Part shown: in pieces, positions 27,133-51,300 of the stretch
How the letters are laid out: every line of letters begins with the position of its first letter
Numbering within the stretch: the stretch's first letter is position 1
Assembly: GCA_965235115.1 (NCBI GenBank)
Contig: OZ249436.1
Span: 39,434,001 to 39,498,000 of the forward strand
Reading direction: 5' to 3'
Source: Laetmonice hystrix
Taxonomy: Eukaryota
Length of the DNA stretch: 64,000 nucleotides
Notes under the pieces: model-generated
Seen by the model: the letters and a program-made list of their open reading frames with translations, nothing else
Databases searched by the model: none
What the model was told of the DNA's origin: nothing
Made by a program: the position numbers and the translations under genes

Positions 27133-28275
27133 CCCCCATCACACTAGAAGGCGTTCTAGCTGCGCTCTAGAAAATGGGCCAGATCGCCGCAGAGCGTGGA
27201 TAGAGTGCCTTGAGGTCCTTCTGAGCGTCATAGGAGCGAGATAGTGTCTCCCTGGGTCGTCATAGGGTCACCATGAGCGCCATTAGCGGCGACCAATTTT
27301 GAACATGCACAAAATTTACGCCGCAGGGTCGCCGTGGATCTAAAAGCGCAGTTAGATCGAAATGCGATCACCATCAGCGTCCTAGGAGCGCAGTACCAGA
27401 TTCCTGAGAGCGCAGGTCGAGCGCCAGTGAACGGTGTAGCATCGGCCTTCCCGTCCCATGGCGCTGGCCCGGCGCTCTTACCACGCTGCTACCGAGACCT
27501 CGGTGACCCTAAAGGCCTGTGTCCACTTGAGCGGTATGCCGCGCGTCTTAACGCCGCGTGATACGCGCAGTGAAACACGCGGCGGAATACGCGGCAGCGA
27601 TGCTTGTCCACTTTGGCGTGAAATTGCGGGCGCATACGGTCACTGATCATCATATCTTATCATATAGGCTTGGGTTTTTCTCCACCTCTGTGATCAGAAT
27701 GATATGCTCAGTTGTTCGGTCGTCCGCCTTTCGAGACATCTTGGTGAATGGCCAGGTGCAATTCAGTGCCAACGCTTCACAAAAGACGCGGCGTAATACG
27801 CGCAATAAATAGATTTTCTTTACCGAGCGTATCACGCGGCGGTGGGAGTGCGTGTTTTTTTGCCGCCACGCTCAGGTGGACACTCCTGCATTGGAATCTG
27901 TTGTTCTTTTACTAGGCGTTTTACCGCCGCGTATCACGCGGCGTTATGACGCGCGGCATACCGCTCAAGTGGACACAGGCCTTAATGAGCCCTTTACACG
28001 CTCTGCAGGGTTCTGCCGCTGCGCTCACGACGTCAGAGCTGCGTTCTTGCTGCGCAGTGAGCGCAGTGTGATCGTATAGGACCTGGTAGCAACGCCATAC
28101 GACGTGGTAGGGACGGCCTAAATCGTCCGAGAATTGTATTTTTCCACATCGTGGCAGCAGGGTGGGAGCGGCATGGCAGTCACACTTGGAGGGGTTTTCT
28201 GATGTTGACGGTGACCAACGGCGATCTGTGAGGTCGCCGTGGTCGCCGTAAGGTCTTTATCCAGTGTGATGGGGG
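27133..28275. mobile_element. TA-TSD non-autonomous DNA transposon hosting a nested Harbinger element
   Basis: ta|CCCCCATCACACT...AGTGTGATGGGGG|ta. Confidence 0.75.
27513..27982 (-). mobile_element. PIF/Harbinger deletion derivative with MADF/Myb-like remnant
   Basis: taa|AGGCCTGTGTCCACTTGAGCGGTATGCCGCGCGTC...perfect TIR|taa; internal MSRKADDRTTEHIILITEVEKNPSLYDK resembles a MADF N-terminus. Confidence 0.8.
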
Positions 28276-28427
28276 TATAATGGGCATATCTCAATATCTG
28301 GCTCGAGAACTTTACCATTGACAGTACCAGTCTATCCGCTAGGTGTCACCACCAGGCTGGTTATTGTGAAAGTCAGCAACTGACGGTTAGGCGGCGCCAC
28401 TGGGCTGATGATTAAATCAGCAGTTAA

Positions 28428-29667
28428 AGGGAGCCCTAAAATTCATTTTTTCGATTTATGGCAGTCTTAGAAACATATGATTCGCATACCTTGGACTCCC
28501 AGTAACATCATGTGAGACTGTTATGGCCCAGCGACCAGTATTTAGTAAGGGTATTTAGGTCAACGCTATAGACTAGAGGGAGATTCCCTTCCACACCCGG
28601 AAGTCACGTGATCACGCGTCATCATCGCCCGACCGCGGCCAACTCAAATATCCTGTGGGCCGCTCGCTAATTCTGAGCTACGTAGGGGAAAGCGGGGCAT
28701 AATGGGCCACACTTTTTCAAATGTTTTTTTTTTTAAATCGTTACCCACCTGGAACATGAAAATAGTACAGCAGTATACCTTACTACCAACCTTTATTGCC
28801 AGTTCTGATTAGGCCTAGAAACAGTTTTAACTTCTAGGAAATAAAAAACACAACTTTTTAAAAATTAAACACTGTCCCATCGCGCCCCTGAGTAGATCTA
28901 CGGGGTATTACGGGACGCTGTTATAAAACACAGGGTCGGGGCTGACCGGTACAGTCAGTTTACAGACACAAATCACAGACGTAATATGCAGGGGGACTGC
29001 CCCCATTGCCCTGCCCCCCCCCCCCCCCCTCCGTGGATGCCAATGCGCTAACTACTCATGGGGTATGATGGGACAGTTACCCATTGTGGCCCATAAGCCA
29101 CTGTCCAATTATGCCCCACCCTTAACGTCACAAAGATGTCCTCTTCCCGCCAGAGTAGATGATGCATCACGAGCTACGTAATGAATGTTTACTCCATAAT
29201 GCCGACTAACTGTTGGTGTGAGAATAGTCAGTCATTCTTAGTTCTAGAGACTCATGGGGTGTTAAGTATTTACCTGGCGGAAGTTTGGGTGCCAAGAATT
29301 TCAGGTCTGTACATAGATGATTAGGCCTACAGATAAATGTGGGTCTGACGTTCGGATCCGTCAACACCAATAGGCCCTAGGCCTAGATCTATGTCTTCCA
29401 TCAAGGCTGTGACAACTATAGCCTAGGGAATCCCAGCCCCATCTGATGGAAAGTGTAGGAGCTAGAGCCATGTCCCTTCATGCCCTGAGTCCCGCCATGC
29501 CCCGCTTTCCCCTATTTGCGAGAGATTTGGCATATTTTCCTTACTAAATACTGGTCGCTGGGCCATAACAGTCTCACATGATGTTACTGGGAGTCCAAGG
29601 TATGCGAATCATATGTTTCTAAGACTGCCATAGGCCTAAATCGAAAAAATGAATTTTACGGCTCCCT
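28428..29667. mobile_element. foldback TTAA-TSD MITE with a nested TA-TSD element (~28685-29512)
   Basis: ttaa|AGGGAGCC...GGCTCCCT|ttaa; same family as 55963-56487; inner ta|GGGGAAAGCGGGGCAT...ATGCCCCGCTTTCCCC|ta. Confidence 0.88.
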
Positions 29668-30473
29668 TTAATGGTACCAGGCTATCCGTTAGGGGGAGCC
29701 ACCAGGGCAGATTAAAGACACGTATCACGGTTTTACCACAAAACGAGAAGTACAATATCATTAGTTAGAACAGTTTAGGGACTTCCAAGGGAGCCCATGC
29801 AGTAGCTAACGAGGCCAGGGACGTTACAGTAGTAGCCTATCTAATGTTACCTACTTCTCAGAAGAGCAAAATAATTATACTTTATTTCATGTAGGCCTAG
29901 TGCTTAAATTAGTATGTTTCTGGTCTCGGAATACCATATTCAAGAAATGTTGTAAGGGTTCTACCAACGTGACGGAGATGACTAGGCCTATAGGCCTAGC
30001 CTAGATTTTGTCAACGTAGGCCTAGAATTTTTTGGCCACAATAATTTCCCAGTACCTGGGAGATCTGTTCGCTGCTGGTACCAATTTTCATTGAAGGAAT
30101 ACTTACTGATGTTAGACAATATAAAATTAGACCAAATTTGACAATATTATTTTTGCTATTCTACAGACCGATGTAAAAAAACGCCCATTGGGCCTACTGT
30201 GGAATCACCCGCCTATATATATACTAGATAGGCCTATGCCTATAGGCCTACTACATGTATTTATTAAATTGGTGCATTGTAGAACAATGTAGGACCTAGA
30301 TCTATGCTTTATAGCATATTTAGGCTACTCGTTTTTAGGGTCCTCATTGTCATAGACATCCATAGCCATAGGCTCGAGGTTCAAAGTTCGCAGGAATATT
30401 TATAGGCAGGCATGTCGAGCTATCGCGTCTATTTATTTTTGTCATACCGTAAGGTCTCAAAGTCCAAAACCCA

Positions 30474-30725
30474 TGACGTCATTGGCGGGAAACCGCCTCA
30501 CTTTCTTATGCTTCAATATTAACTTAGTTGAATTTAAAAGTTGGATAATGAATTAGCTTTAAATATATATTTTTAAACATCGTCAACAGTCTGATCAACA
30601 AAATTCTAGGTATGATTTAAATTATGTCCCGAAACCTTTTTTGGCGGGCTTTGAGAAGGCCGCACGCGTAAGAATATTCAGGATGTGGGAATAAAATAGT
30701 GCGTTACCGCAGTTGACTTCCTTTT
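30474..30725 (+). promoter_or_regulatory. putative CypA promoter: CRE, E2F-like, TATA-like and pyrimidine (TCT/TOP-like) initiator
   Basis: TGACGTCA at 30474; TTGGCGGGAAA at 30482; ATAAAA at 30691, ~30 bp upstream of CTTCCTTTT at 30717; ATG ~65 nt further on. Confidence 0.45.
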
Positions 30726-30786
30726 GGGCGTTCTTTCAGACACCGGCAGAAGTGTGTAGGTTCGACTGTACAACAAATCATCAAAA

Positions 30787-42987
<12,201 letters not shown>

Positions 42988-44269
42988 GCACATTATTAGA
43001 TTTTTTTGGAAATTACATACACCTAAGTGTAGGCCACCTTATGGTTTTCAGTGTATGTCAAGAATCATGGTAACGCTTACTGGTTTGTTGTAGAACTGTA
43101 GGTGGTTACAGTTGCTATTCAGATAATAATATCCATCTACTTCGATCAAGTCTCAAAAAACATGGTAAAATCTTTTCATTCGTCTGTGGAGTTTTGTGAA
43201 TAAAGTACATTTTTCCTTTCACTGTCAGCTTTTTTACGAGTTACGTGGTAGGTTTGTTCAACAAAGTTTTTAGGTTAGTTGGATTAGTCTTCTTTTTTTT
43301 TTGGCCCCCACAATGGGGGGGGCTTATATAATATAATTGGCCGTCCGTACGTATGTCCATAGACAGCGAATTCTCAGAAGTGTATTGCCAGATCAGAGCA
43401 AATATGGCGGCCATGTTATATTTTTACTCCCTTCCTCCCCCCCCCCCCCCTCCCAATAACACTGTTTTGGCCCATATCTCGAAAACGGTGCAAGATAAGG
43501 CAATAGTTATTATTGACAGATAGGAAGTCGTATATGAAGTTTCATTTGACGCCATTTTCCATGACCTTCAGCGAGCTTGAAAGGTCAATCAAGATCATGC
43601 ATATTTTAATGGCCTATACCTCTAAACCAGTTAAAAATAACGTCTCATCTTGCATGAAACATTGCATAATAACCAGGGATAGTCTAAGGAGGACACGGGT
43701 CAAAGGTATTGGCTGCTTGGTGGCCATATTGGAATAACTCGACATTTTATGGATTTTGTTCTTGCTGAAAAAAGGCATGAGGGGCAACAGGCGTGCCAAA
43801 AGTACGCATAGTTCCTGGACCCACAGATAATTTGTCCCTACTCAGTTGGGGGCTGTGACTCCGATGGGGTCTGGTGAATTTACTAACGTTAGTGAAAATT
43901 GAGAGAAAACCATGAATTTAAACTCTAAAGGTCAATCAAGGTCAAGCATATTTGCAATTGCCTGTATCTACTAAACACTTCCGCCGGATAACGCCACCAA
44001 ACTGTACGTAACTGCATAGTTACTAAGATGCACACAAAGTACATCTTCACGCCGGATAACGCTATCAAACTATACATAACTGCATAGTTACTAAGATGCA
44101 GACGGAGTACAAACGAAGTTTCATTGGACAATATTTTCTTTGCCCTTCAAAGATCAATTGAAGCACAGGAGTGGGGGCTATAGGCTTCACAAGCTTGTTT
44201 AAAAAGTATTCCCCAACATCCGAACAGTCCTGGCCATTGTCACAAGGATTGATTCTATACGGTATTTAA

Positions 44270-44609
44270 AGGTGCTATTCGTGAACAAAAATTCAATTTT
44301 TTTATTTTTAATTTTGTTGACGTTTATGTGATCCCACCTATCATGGAAATAGATTCACAACAAAGGAAATCAAATTTTTCCATGGATAACGGCACAAATG
44401 GGGCTCTCTCAGAAGGCCTGTGGAGACCCTGACACGCTCCACCATAGGAAATGGCTCTATCTCGGTGCGCACCGAGATAGGTTTCAAATGCTGCACACAA
44501 ACTAATAGAAGGTTTATCAGGCCAATGGTATCGGTAGGAATTTTTTCTAGTACTATGTGCACAATGTATGATAGGAGAAATGCCATTCTGTGCGAGACGA
44601 ATAGCACCT
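44270..44609. mobile_element. MITE with TTAA TSD
   Basis: ttaa|AGGTGCTATTCGT...ACGAATAGCACCT|ttaa. Confidence 0.8.
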
Positions 44610-46360
44610 TTAAGGAAAGATTAATCAAGTATATTGGCGCAAATTTTTAAACCCTTGTCCGTTCGCCGGGATATTACTCTTAGTGGGGTGGGGAGGGGCA
44701 AAGGCGGATCCAGAGGGGGGCACAGGGGGCACGTTCCCCCCTTTAGCTTCACTAATTAGGCCTATATACACGGCTATAGCCTACTTATTTTGAATTAATT
44801 TTAACACTGACGGTATATCTCAGGGAAACCCCGAGCTATTATGTAGGCCTATACCTCTAAAACTCGAATTCAAGAGCATGAGAGCTTTAATTAGTAATGC
44901 AAACAATAATGAATTGCTTTTCTGTGCCCCCCCCCCCCCCCCCCCCCCCCGTTTAGTAAAATCCTGGATCCGCCAGTGAGGGGGTGTAGGTGTATTTTGA
45001 ATGAGTCCTCCGGGACGAGGTTTAATATTCGCCTCGCTACTTTTCACCCTCCCCCCAATTCAAGTTATTGCTCATGGTAATTGGCAGAGATTATCATCAC
45101 CTGGCTGCGGACTTCATCCTTTTCTCGTTCCTTCTTTTTTTTTAGGCCTGGCTTACCTAAAACTAGTAAACTGAATGCCTTTACCTATATATTGGGTGCG
45201 GGAATAAGGGCTATTTGCTGGCTTGTGGTTTTTTTCGTGGAGATTTTCAGTCCGAGAGACATTTAGGGAGCAGGCCATAGTAATTTAAAACGGTAGACTG
45301 GTACTGCACACCAATGAAAATAGTTTTATCTTGTTACTGAAACCCCCTACCGAACAGTGCCGGTACGTGTAGTGTTATGTAAAAACAACTTTAGTTGAGG
45401 GCAATATTTTACGGTTGTAGGGGGCTGGGGGAGTGCCTCGATGGACGAGATCCTACGCCACGGGCATGAGTCGGTGTTGAACTCGAATAATTTTCAAGAC
45501 TTTATAGGCCTAGTTGAGTAGAAACATAACCATGTAGGCATAATCAAATTTTATTGCCTGCTAAATTTCGTCGGACGTCTAGATGTCGGTAGGCCTACAT
45601 CTATGAATGGGGCATCGGCTTAGAGGTGAGGGCCCAGACCCGGAATTTCTATCAAATTATTGAGGGGGCCAGAGAGCAGGAACCGATTAACGTTTTAAAA
45701 ACTTTTTGGATAGGTCTATAAGGTGGGGGGGGGGCGGGGTCTGCTTTGTCCCTTCTTTAGCTAGCCCCCCCCCCCCATCTTTTGTTCTCTGATCTTTTCT
45801 TCATCTTTTAAAATCTTCCCCCTGTGGGACCACACCTTAGAGTATCACTTATCCCCCTCATTGTTTCCGACACCCGTGCTCTCTCAGAGGCGTAGGAAGC
45901 ACTTTAAAAGTGGGGGGGGGGCAACAGGGCCATGCGCAGGATTTTTCGAGGGGGATTACAGTTTGGCGGGGGGACTGGGCGAGCGCCGAAGGCGCCATGC
46001 TAGGGGGGTCCGGGGGCATGCCCCCCGAAAAAATTGAAATTTATAGTGTAATTTGGTGACATTTGGTGCATCTTAGAGCACAAAATAAGGTCTGAAATGT
46101 GAGAAAATACCCTCCCCCCCATAGACTTCCATAGACTTCCAATGGCAAAAGTCAAGGGGAGGGAAAAAGTGGGGGCGGGGCAAAAGATACTCTGCCCCCC
46201 CCCCCCCCCTTTTCCTACGCCCCTGTCTCTGGCCGAACTTCAATCACAGCTCTGGTGAAAGCACTAGCAATTAACGTGCACTGCACAGTGCTGGCACCTG
46301 GCGGACGAAACTACAGTGTGGGGGATGTCCGGCTTCAGTCTATATTGATTTCTGTACTAC

Positions 46361-47170
46361 CAGGGCTGGAATTTCCCACTCGTCCGGCTGCCCGAGACGA
46401 GTAAGTTTCGGTCCGGACGAGTAAGTCTAGCCCAGTATCTCGTCCGCCGGCCGAGTAACTATTTTGGTTACTGTTGTTTAAAGGGGGTGACCTTTTGGCG
46501 GCTCAATCTTTCTCCAGTGCAGTAACAACAGCGGGGGGCATTTGGCTGGCTCAGCTCACCCCGGCCCGTGTGTTTCAACTGGCCACCTGTGTGCCGCCAG
46601 AGTGCTCCTTTTGTTCATGTTTTGTTGTTTGTTCAGTGTGTGTCCTGAGTGGCTGTCGCAGCATCAGCGTGGCCCAGCTACACTAATCTCTGAGCCAGGT
46701 AATCTGCCGACATGCATCGCAACTGGAAACACGTGGCCCCCCCCCCCCCCGCCACCAACCAGCATCGTCCCCAAAGCGCCGATTGAATGATGAAAAAGAC
46801 CCCTGTTCTTCTCTGGTGGAGACAAATAGCGACTTTTTTGGAAAACCTTGAGAGGGACTTGACATGTGATTCAATTTGCTGTGCTGATTAACTGAAGCGC
46901 AGATCTGAAAAGCATTCAGTGGTCCATGAAGCCCATATATGCTCAAGTTTATTGAACGTTTTTATGTATGACAGAGGTATATGTGATTGCAAATAACTTG
47001 ACTGGCTGGTAAATTACGACTGTTTAATTAAAGCATAGTACTCATAGACCATGCCTATTATCTTAAATTCTCTCTGAAATCCGGGCAAGTAACTTCTGAT
47101 CTGGGCAAGTAACTTTTTCAGGCTACTTGCCCGACGGGCAAGTAGCCTAAAATTTGAAATTCCAGCCCTG
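46361..47170. mobile_element. CAGGG MITE with 5-bp TSD
   Basis: actac|CAGGGCTGGAATTTC...GAAATTCCAGCCCTG|actac. Confidence 0.82.
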
Positions 47171-47445
47171 ACTACCTTTCTAAACCTCGGAAAGGCCCTC
47201 AAGTCAAGCGACATTTACCGGCACGAACTTTTTAATGTGATGAAATAGGGGGGGGGGGGGGTGCAAAGACATGCATTAGCGTTTTTTGACGTAGGTAGGA
47301 CCTACCCTACACGTATTGTCTACTCCAGTTGGGGTCGGTCCAAAGCCAAGGTACGCCCCTTGTCATGATCAGACAATTTCCACCCTTCCCGATTGATGGA
47401 CCTAGACATGAACATAGGTAGTCATTGACACCTTAACCCCCCTCC

Positions 47446-47477
<32 letters not shown>

Positions 47478-47575
47478 TTTTAAGGGCCCTGGGTGAACAT
47501 GTACGTAGGCATGTGACGATAGTTGGGCCAGAAATGAGGCCGCAGATCTGGTTTACGGGGTGGTCACAGGTGATA

Positions 47576-47967
47576 AGGCCAAAAAAAAAAAAAGTTTCGT
47601 TTCTTGTCCTTTCATATAAAAAAATTGGTGCGGTGACGCGGGTTTTTTTTTTTTTTCATCTTTCTTTTTTTTTTTGGATGAAACTAGACAACGGCCGATT
47701 CTTCGAATGCAATTGCTGTTGGGTACATAAATCTTGAAGAAAAGACTAATGCAATGATGTTCAATGTTTTAGAATGTTTAAAACTCGCATAAAATCAACA
47801 AGACTAACAGAAAAACGCCAACGCCAAAGAACCGTTGCAACGTTCTGTCACAGCGCTACACTGCCCACCATATGAAGCAGTTGGATTTGAAAAAAAAAGA
47901 CTTGACGCGGGGGTTTTCAGGTGACGCGCGCGGGGACAAGAAACGAATCTATTTTTTTTTTTGGCCT
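47576..47967. mobile_element. MITE with AGGCCAAAA termini
   Basis: AGGCCAAAAAAAAAAAAAGTTTCGTTTCTTGTCC...GGACAAGAAACGAATCTATTTTTTTTTTTGGCCT. Confidence 0.75.
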
Positions 47968-48262
47968 AAACGATTCGAGCAAGAATCGTTATTGAATAAC
48001 CAACATACACCTAGGAGGAAATAGAGGCTGAACGTTTGTTAAAATTACCTAGAATTTTAGGAAATGTCGGGTCATTTTGAGGGAAAACTGAGCATGGACT
48101 ATCGGACACTGTGCAATCTGCGATATTGGGCCCCATGGAGTGTATGTGTACCGGTACATGTTTTTCCATTTAAATAAAGAACAAGACGTTCCAATAAATA
48201 TGATTACATGTATTTCTTTATTAATCACATGATTTCTGTCAATTTTCCATTTCACAGTATAT

Positions 48263-48395
48263 TTAAAGTTGCCCACAATCCTCGATTTTCACATCTTTAC
48301 TTGTTGTCCCAGTCTCGCTCCCTAATGCCTCCATTTTCTTCACAACATCCATGCCTTCAACCACCTTCCCAAAGACAACGTGCTTGCCATCAAGC
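48263..48395 (-). CDS. PPIF: CypD-like exon 5
   Basis: tttcag|[43 protein letters not shown]. Confidence 0.95.
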
Positions 48396-51300
48396 CTGAA
48401 ACAGTGACACATGTCGTTTGAGGAATACAATCGAATACACCTGGTTGGTCATGCTAATCGTAGAACCTGAGCAGGGCAGATAAGAAACATTTCTAATGAT
48501 GAATGATGAGAAGCACATTCCCTGACATTGCATTATTTGGTTATACGTACACATTTAGCAGAACCAGTAATTGCATACCAGGGGCGCCGCTGCCTATTTC
48601 AAAGTGGGGGGGACAATCTTGGTGTGTTTGACCTTTTCCCCCCGAGATTTATGTACGATAAGAATTGCAAAATAACAGTGTATTCACCCCCCCCCCCCCC
48701 AAGGGGCGGACCCAGGATTTTCTTTGCGGGGGGGGGGGGGGGGGGGTCAGAAAGTGCCACGCGCCGAAAGGGGGGGCCCTATTTGCCGGCTTCTCAGCAT
48801 CAAACTAAAGAGCTTTCGGTGCCGACCTTTTGCTCAAGATTAATGTAGGCTATTAATCAGTGAGGGATTAATCAGGGGGCTTGCCCCCCTTAGATCTTCC
48901 TTTTTTGTATGAAGATGTATTGTAGGCCTACTATTAGTACCTACAGTTACAATAAAATCATGCCGAGCGTAGCGAGGCAAAAACAATTTGACGATTAGGC
49001 CTAAAAAAAAAGTTGACGATTAGGCCTAAAACACACTTTTACCAAATAAAATAGAGACCGTCCCCATCCTACTTGCCACTTTCTATTCTACCACACTAGG
49101 CCTTGTAGTAAAAATTGGTAAACCTCACTCATTATTTGAATACATTCACGCATGAGGTCTTTTTCTTCAAAATCAAATAGGAAGGCCCAACATGGGGGTA
49201 AAAAAAGGTTGACGGCCGCAGGCCTAACGCTGTCGGACAATAATTAAAGCGTGGCCTAGATTTCCTAGAGCTTAAGATTGACCTGAATATTCAGGTCTAT
49301 GAGCTAAGCAAGAGACGGTACAGGGGCAGATCCAGCTTTTTCAAGTAGGGGGGGCCAACGTTTTTAGGGACGCAACCTGTGTGACTGTACGAGCGCCGAA
49401 GGCACAAAGCCTTGTTAGGGGGTCCGGGGGCATGCCCCCCCCGAAATTTTTCAAATTCAAGGTGTAATTGGTGAAATCTGATGCATTTTGGAGCACAAAG
49501 CTATTTAAAGACCAATGATGTCAAAAGTCTTATGTAGCCCTACAATGCCGTGAGGCGCCATGAACGGCAGGAGGGGCGCCATGAAATATATATATTGTAG
49601 GGGGGTCCAGACCCTATGTGACCCCCTACCCTGGATCCGCCAGTGTGGTAGGACTAAGGTACACAGGGAAGCTGCAGGGGATCTAGGCCGCGGTTAGGCC
49701 CATATTAATTATAGAACAGCAAAGCATAGACCTATCTCCTAAACACATGACATAGGCTTAGGCCTGCGAAGGCCAAGATTAAAAATGATGAAAATCTATC
49801 TTTAATTTGTCTCCCATGGGCAATTCACCTTAAAAAGCTAGGCATAGGGAGTATAAGAAGACCTGTAGATCTATCTATTAGGCGTAGCTTCAACTTCAAG
49901 GAGCCTTTGACCTTTTTAGGTCGCCAGCAAAAGTGGGGAGGACATGTCCCCCCCGTCCCCCCCGGCAGCGGCGCCCCTGCATACTGTACATTATAATACA
50001 CGAGTATAAAATAAAATTTGTCATGACTGGAACTAATCAATGTCATATTTAACATTTGATATTTGTCTAAGTGTTTTTCCTAAGATATCAGACACGTTTA
50101 TTTCATCAGAGAAAACATCAGGTTTTCTAATCAAGAATAATTCTTACTTACCATGCAGTTTTAGCTGTGCACATAAAAAACTGAGAGCCATTTGTGTTTG
50201 GCCCTGCATTTGCCATTGAAAGTATACCTGAAAGGGAAGGAGAATTTTCAATAAACTTCATCTACTATTATTTTAAACTCTCCGGTAGTCCGACTGTAAG
50301 TCCTACTATACAAATAAGCAAAAAGATCAACAGACAACAGGGTCCAGTTATTACTCTGGTTCTTTTGATGTGTACCGTAAATTATTGTGTATAATATTCA
50401 CTCTTTTACCCCCAAACTTGCCTCTGAAAATCCAATGTGTATTATATCGAACATCATTACTTTGTGCTTTGAATGCTTATTTCTAACATAAGCATTCAAT
50501 AATTAATTAATTAATAAACTTGCAACCCAGGTTGTACATGCTAACTGTCGCTATGACTGTAGCTGGCTGCAGCAGTTCACTTAGGGTCCCAGCCGCTATA
50601 TGCGATGGTGTATAATACAAGAGTGTGTACTATACACGATAATTTATGGTAATCAACGTACGAACGTAATCTTTGCACCTTCCCTTTTGCGAAGCCATTT
50701 TATTTGGATAAATGCTCACAATGTGATCTCCACATTGTTGGTTGAAACAAGTTATGTGATGGAGATAATAATAATCACCCTAAAAAAGGATGGGAAAAGA
50801 TCCAATTAAACAGTCAGATATCAATGTGCTCAGCAAATAACAAACTAAGGGGCCGTCCATCATTTTCATCATTTTCACGAGCGTACAGAGAGTACTTCCT
50901 TCCAGACCCCCCTCCCCCCCCCCCTAAAGAGTACGCACCATCCGTGAAAAAAATGATGATGACTTTTTACGGTACCCTGGTAGTGGTGTTTCGTACCACT
51001 TGTCATCGTCCCATGAAGAGCCATCATAAAATGAAATGGAGACACCTAGAAACCTGGATATGCTTTTTAATTACAAAAATAAAACATCAACCTCACAAGA
51101 TGTATTCCTGCATTTTTAAACGTCCAAAAATGTCAGAAAAAAGTAATTACGTCATTGGGTCTGCCGGAGAAGCTGTACAGAGCTAGCCAGCAGCGCGATA
51201 TTTGATTATCGGTCGATTTGCACTCTGTCAAGTTTTTTTGACTACAGTCCAGAGTCCGGTTATAATGAACACAGAATTTTTCCCTGTTATTTTTAATGTA

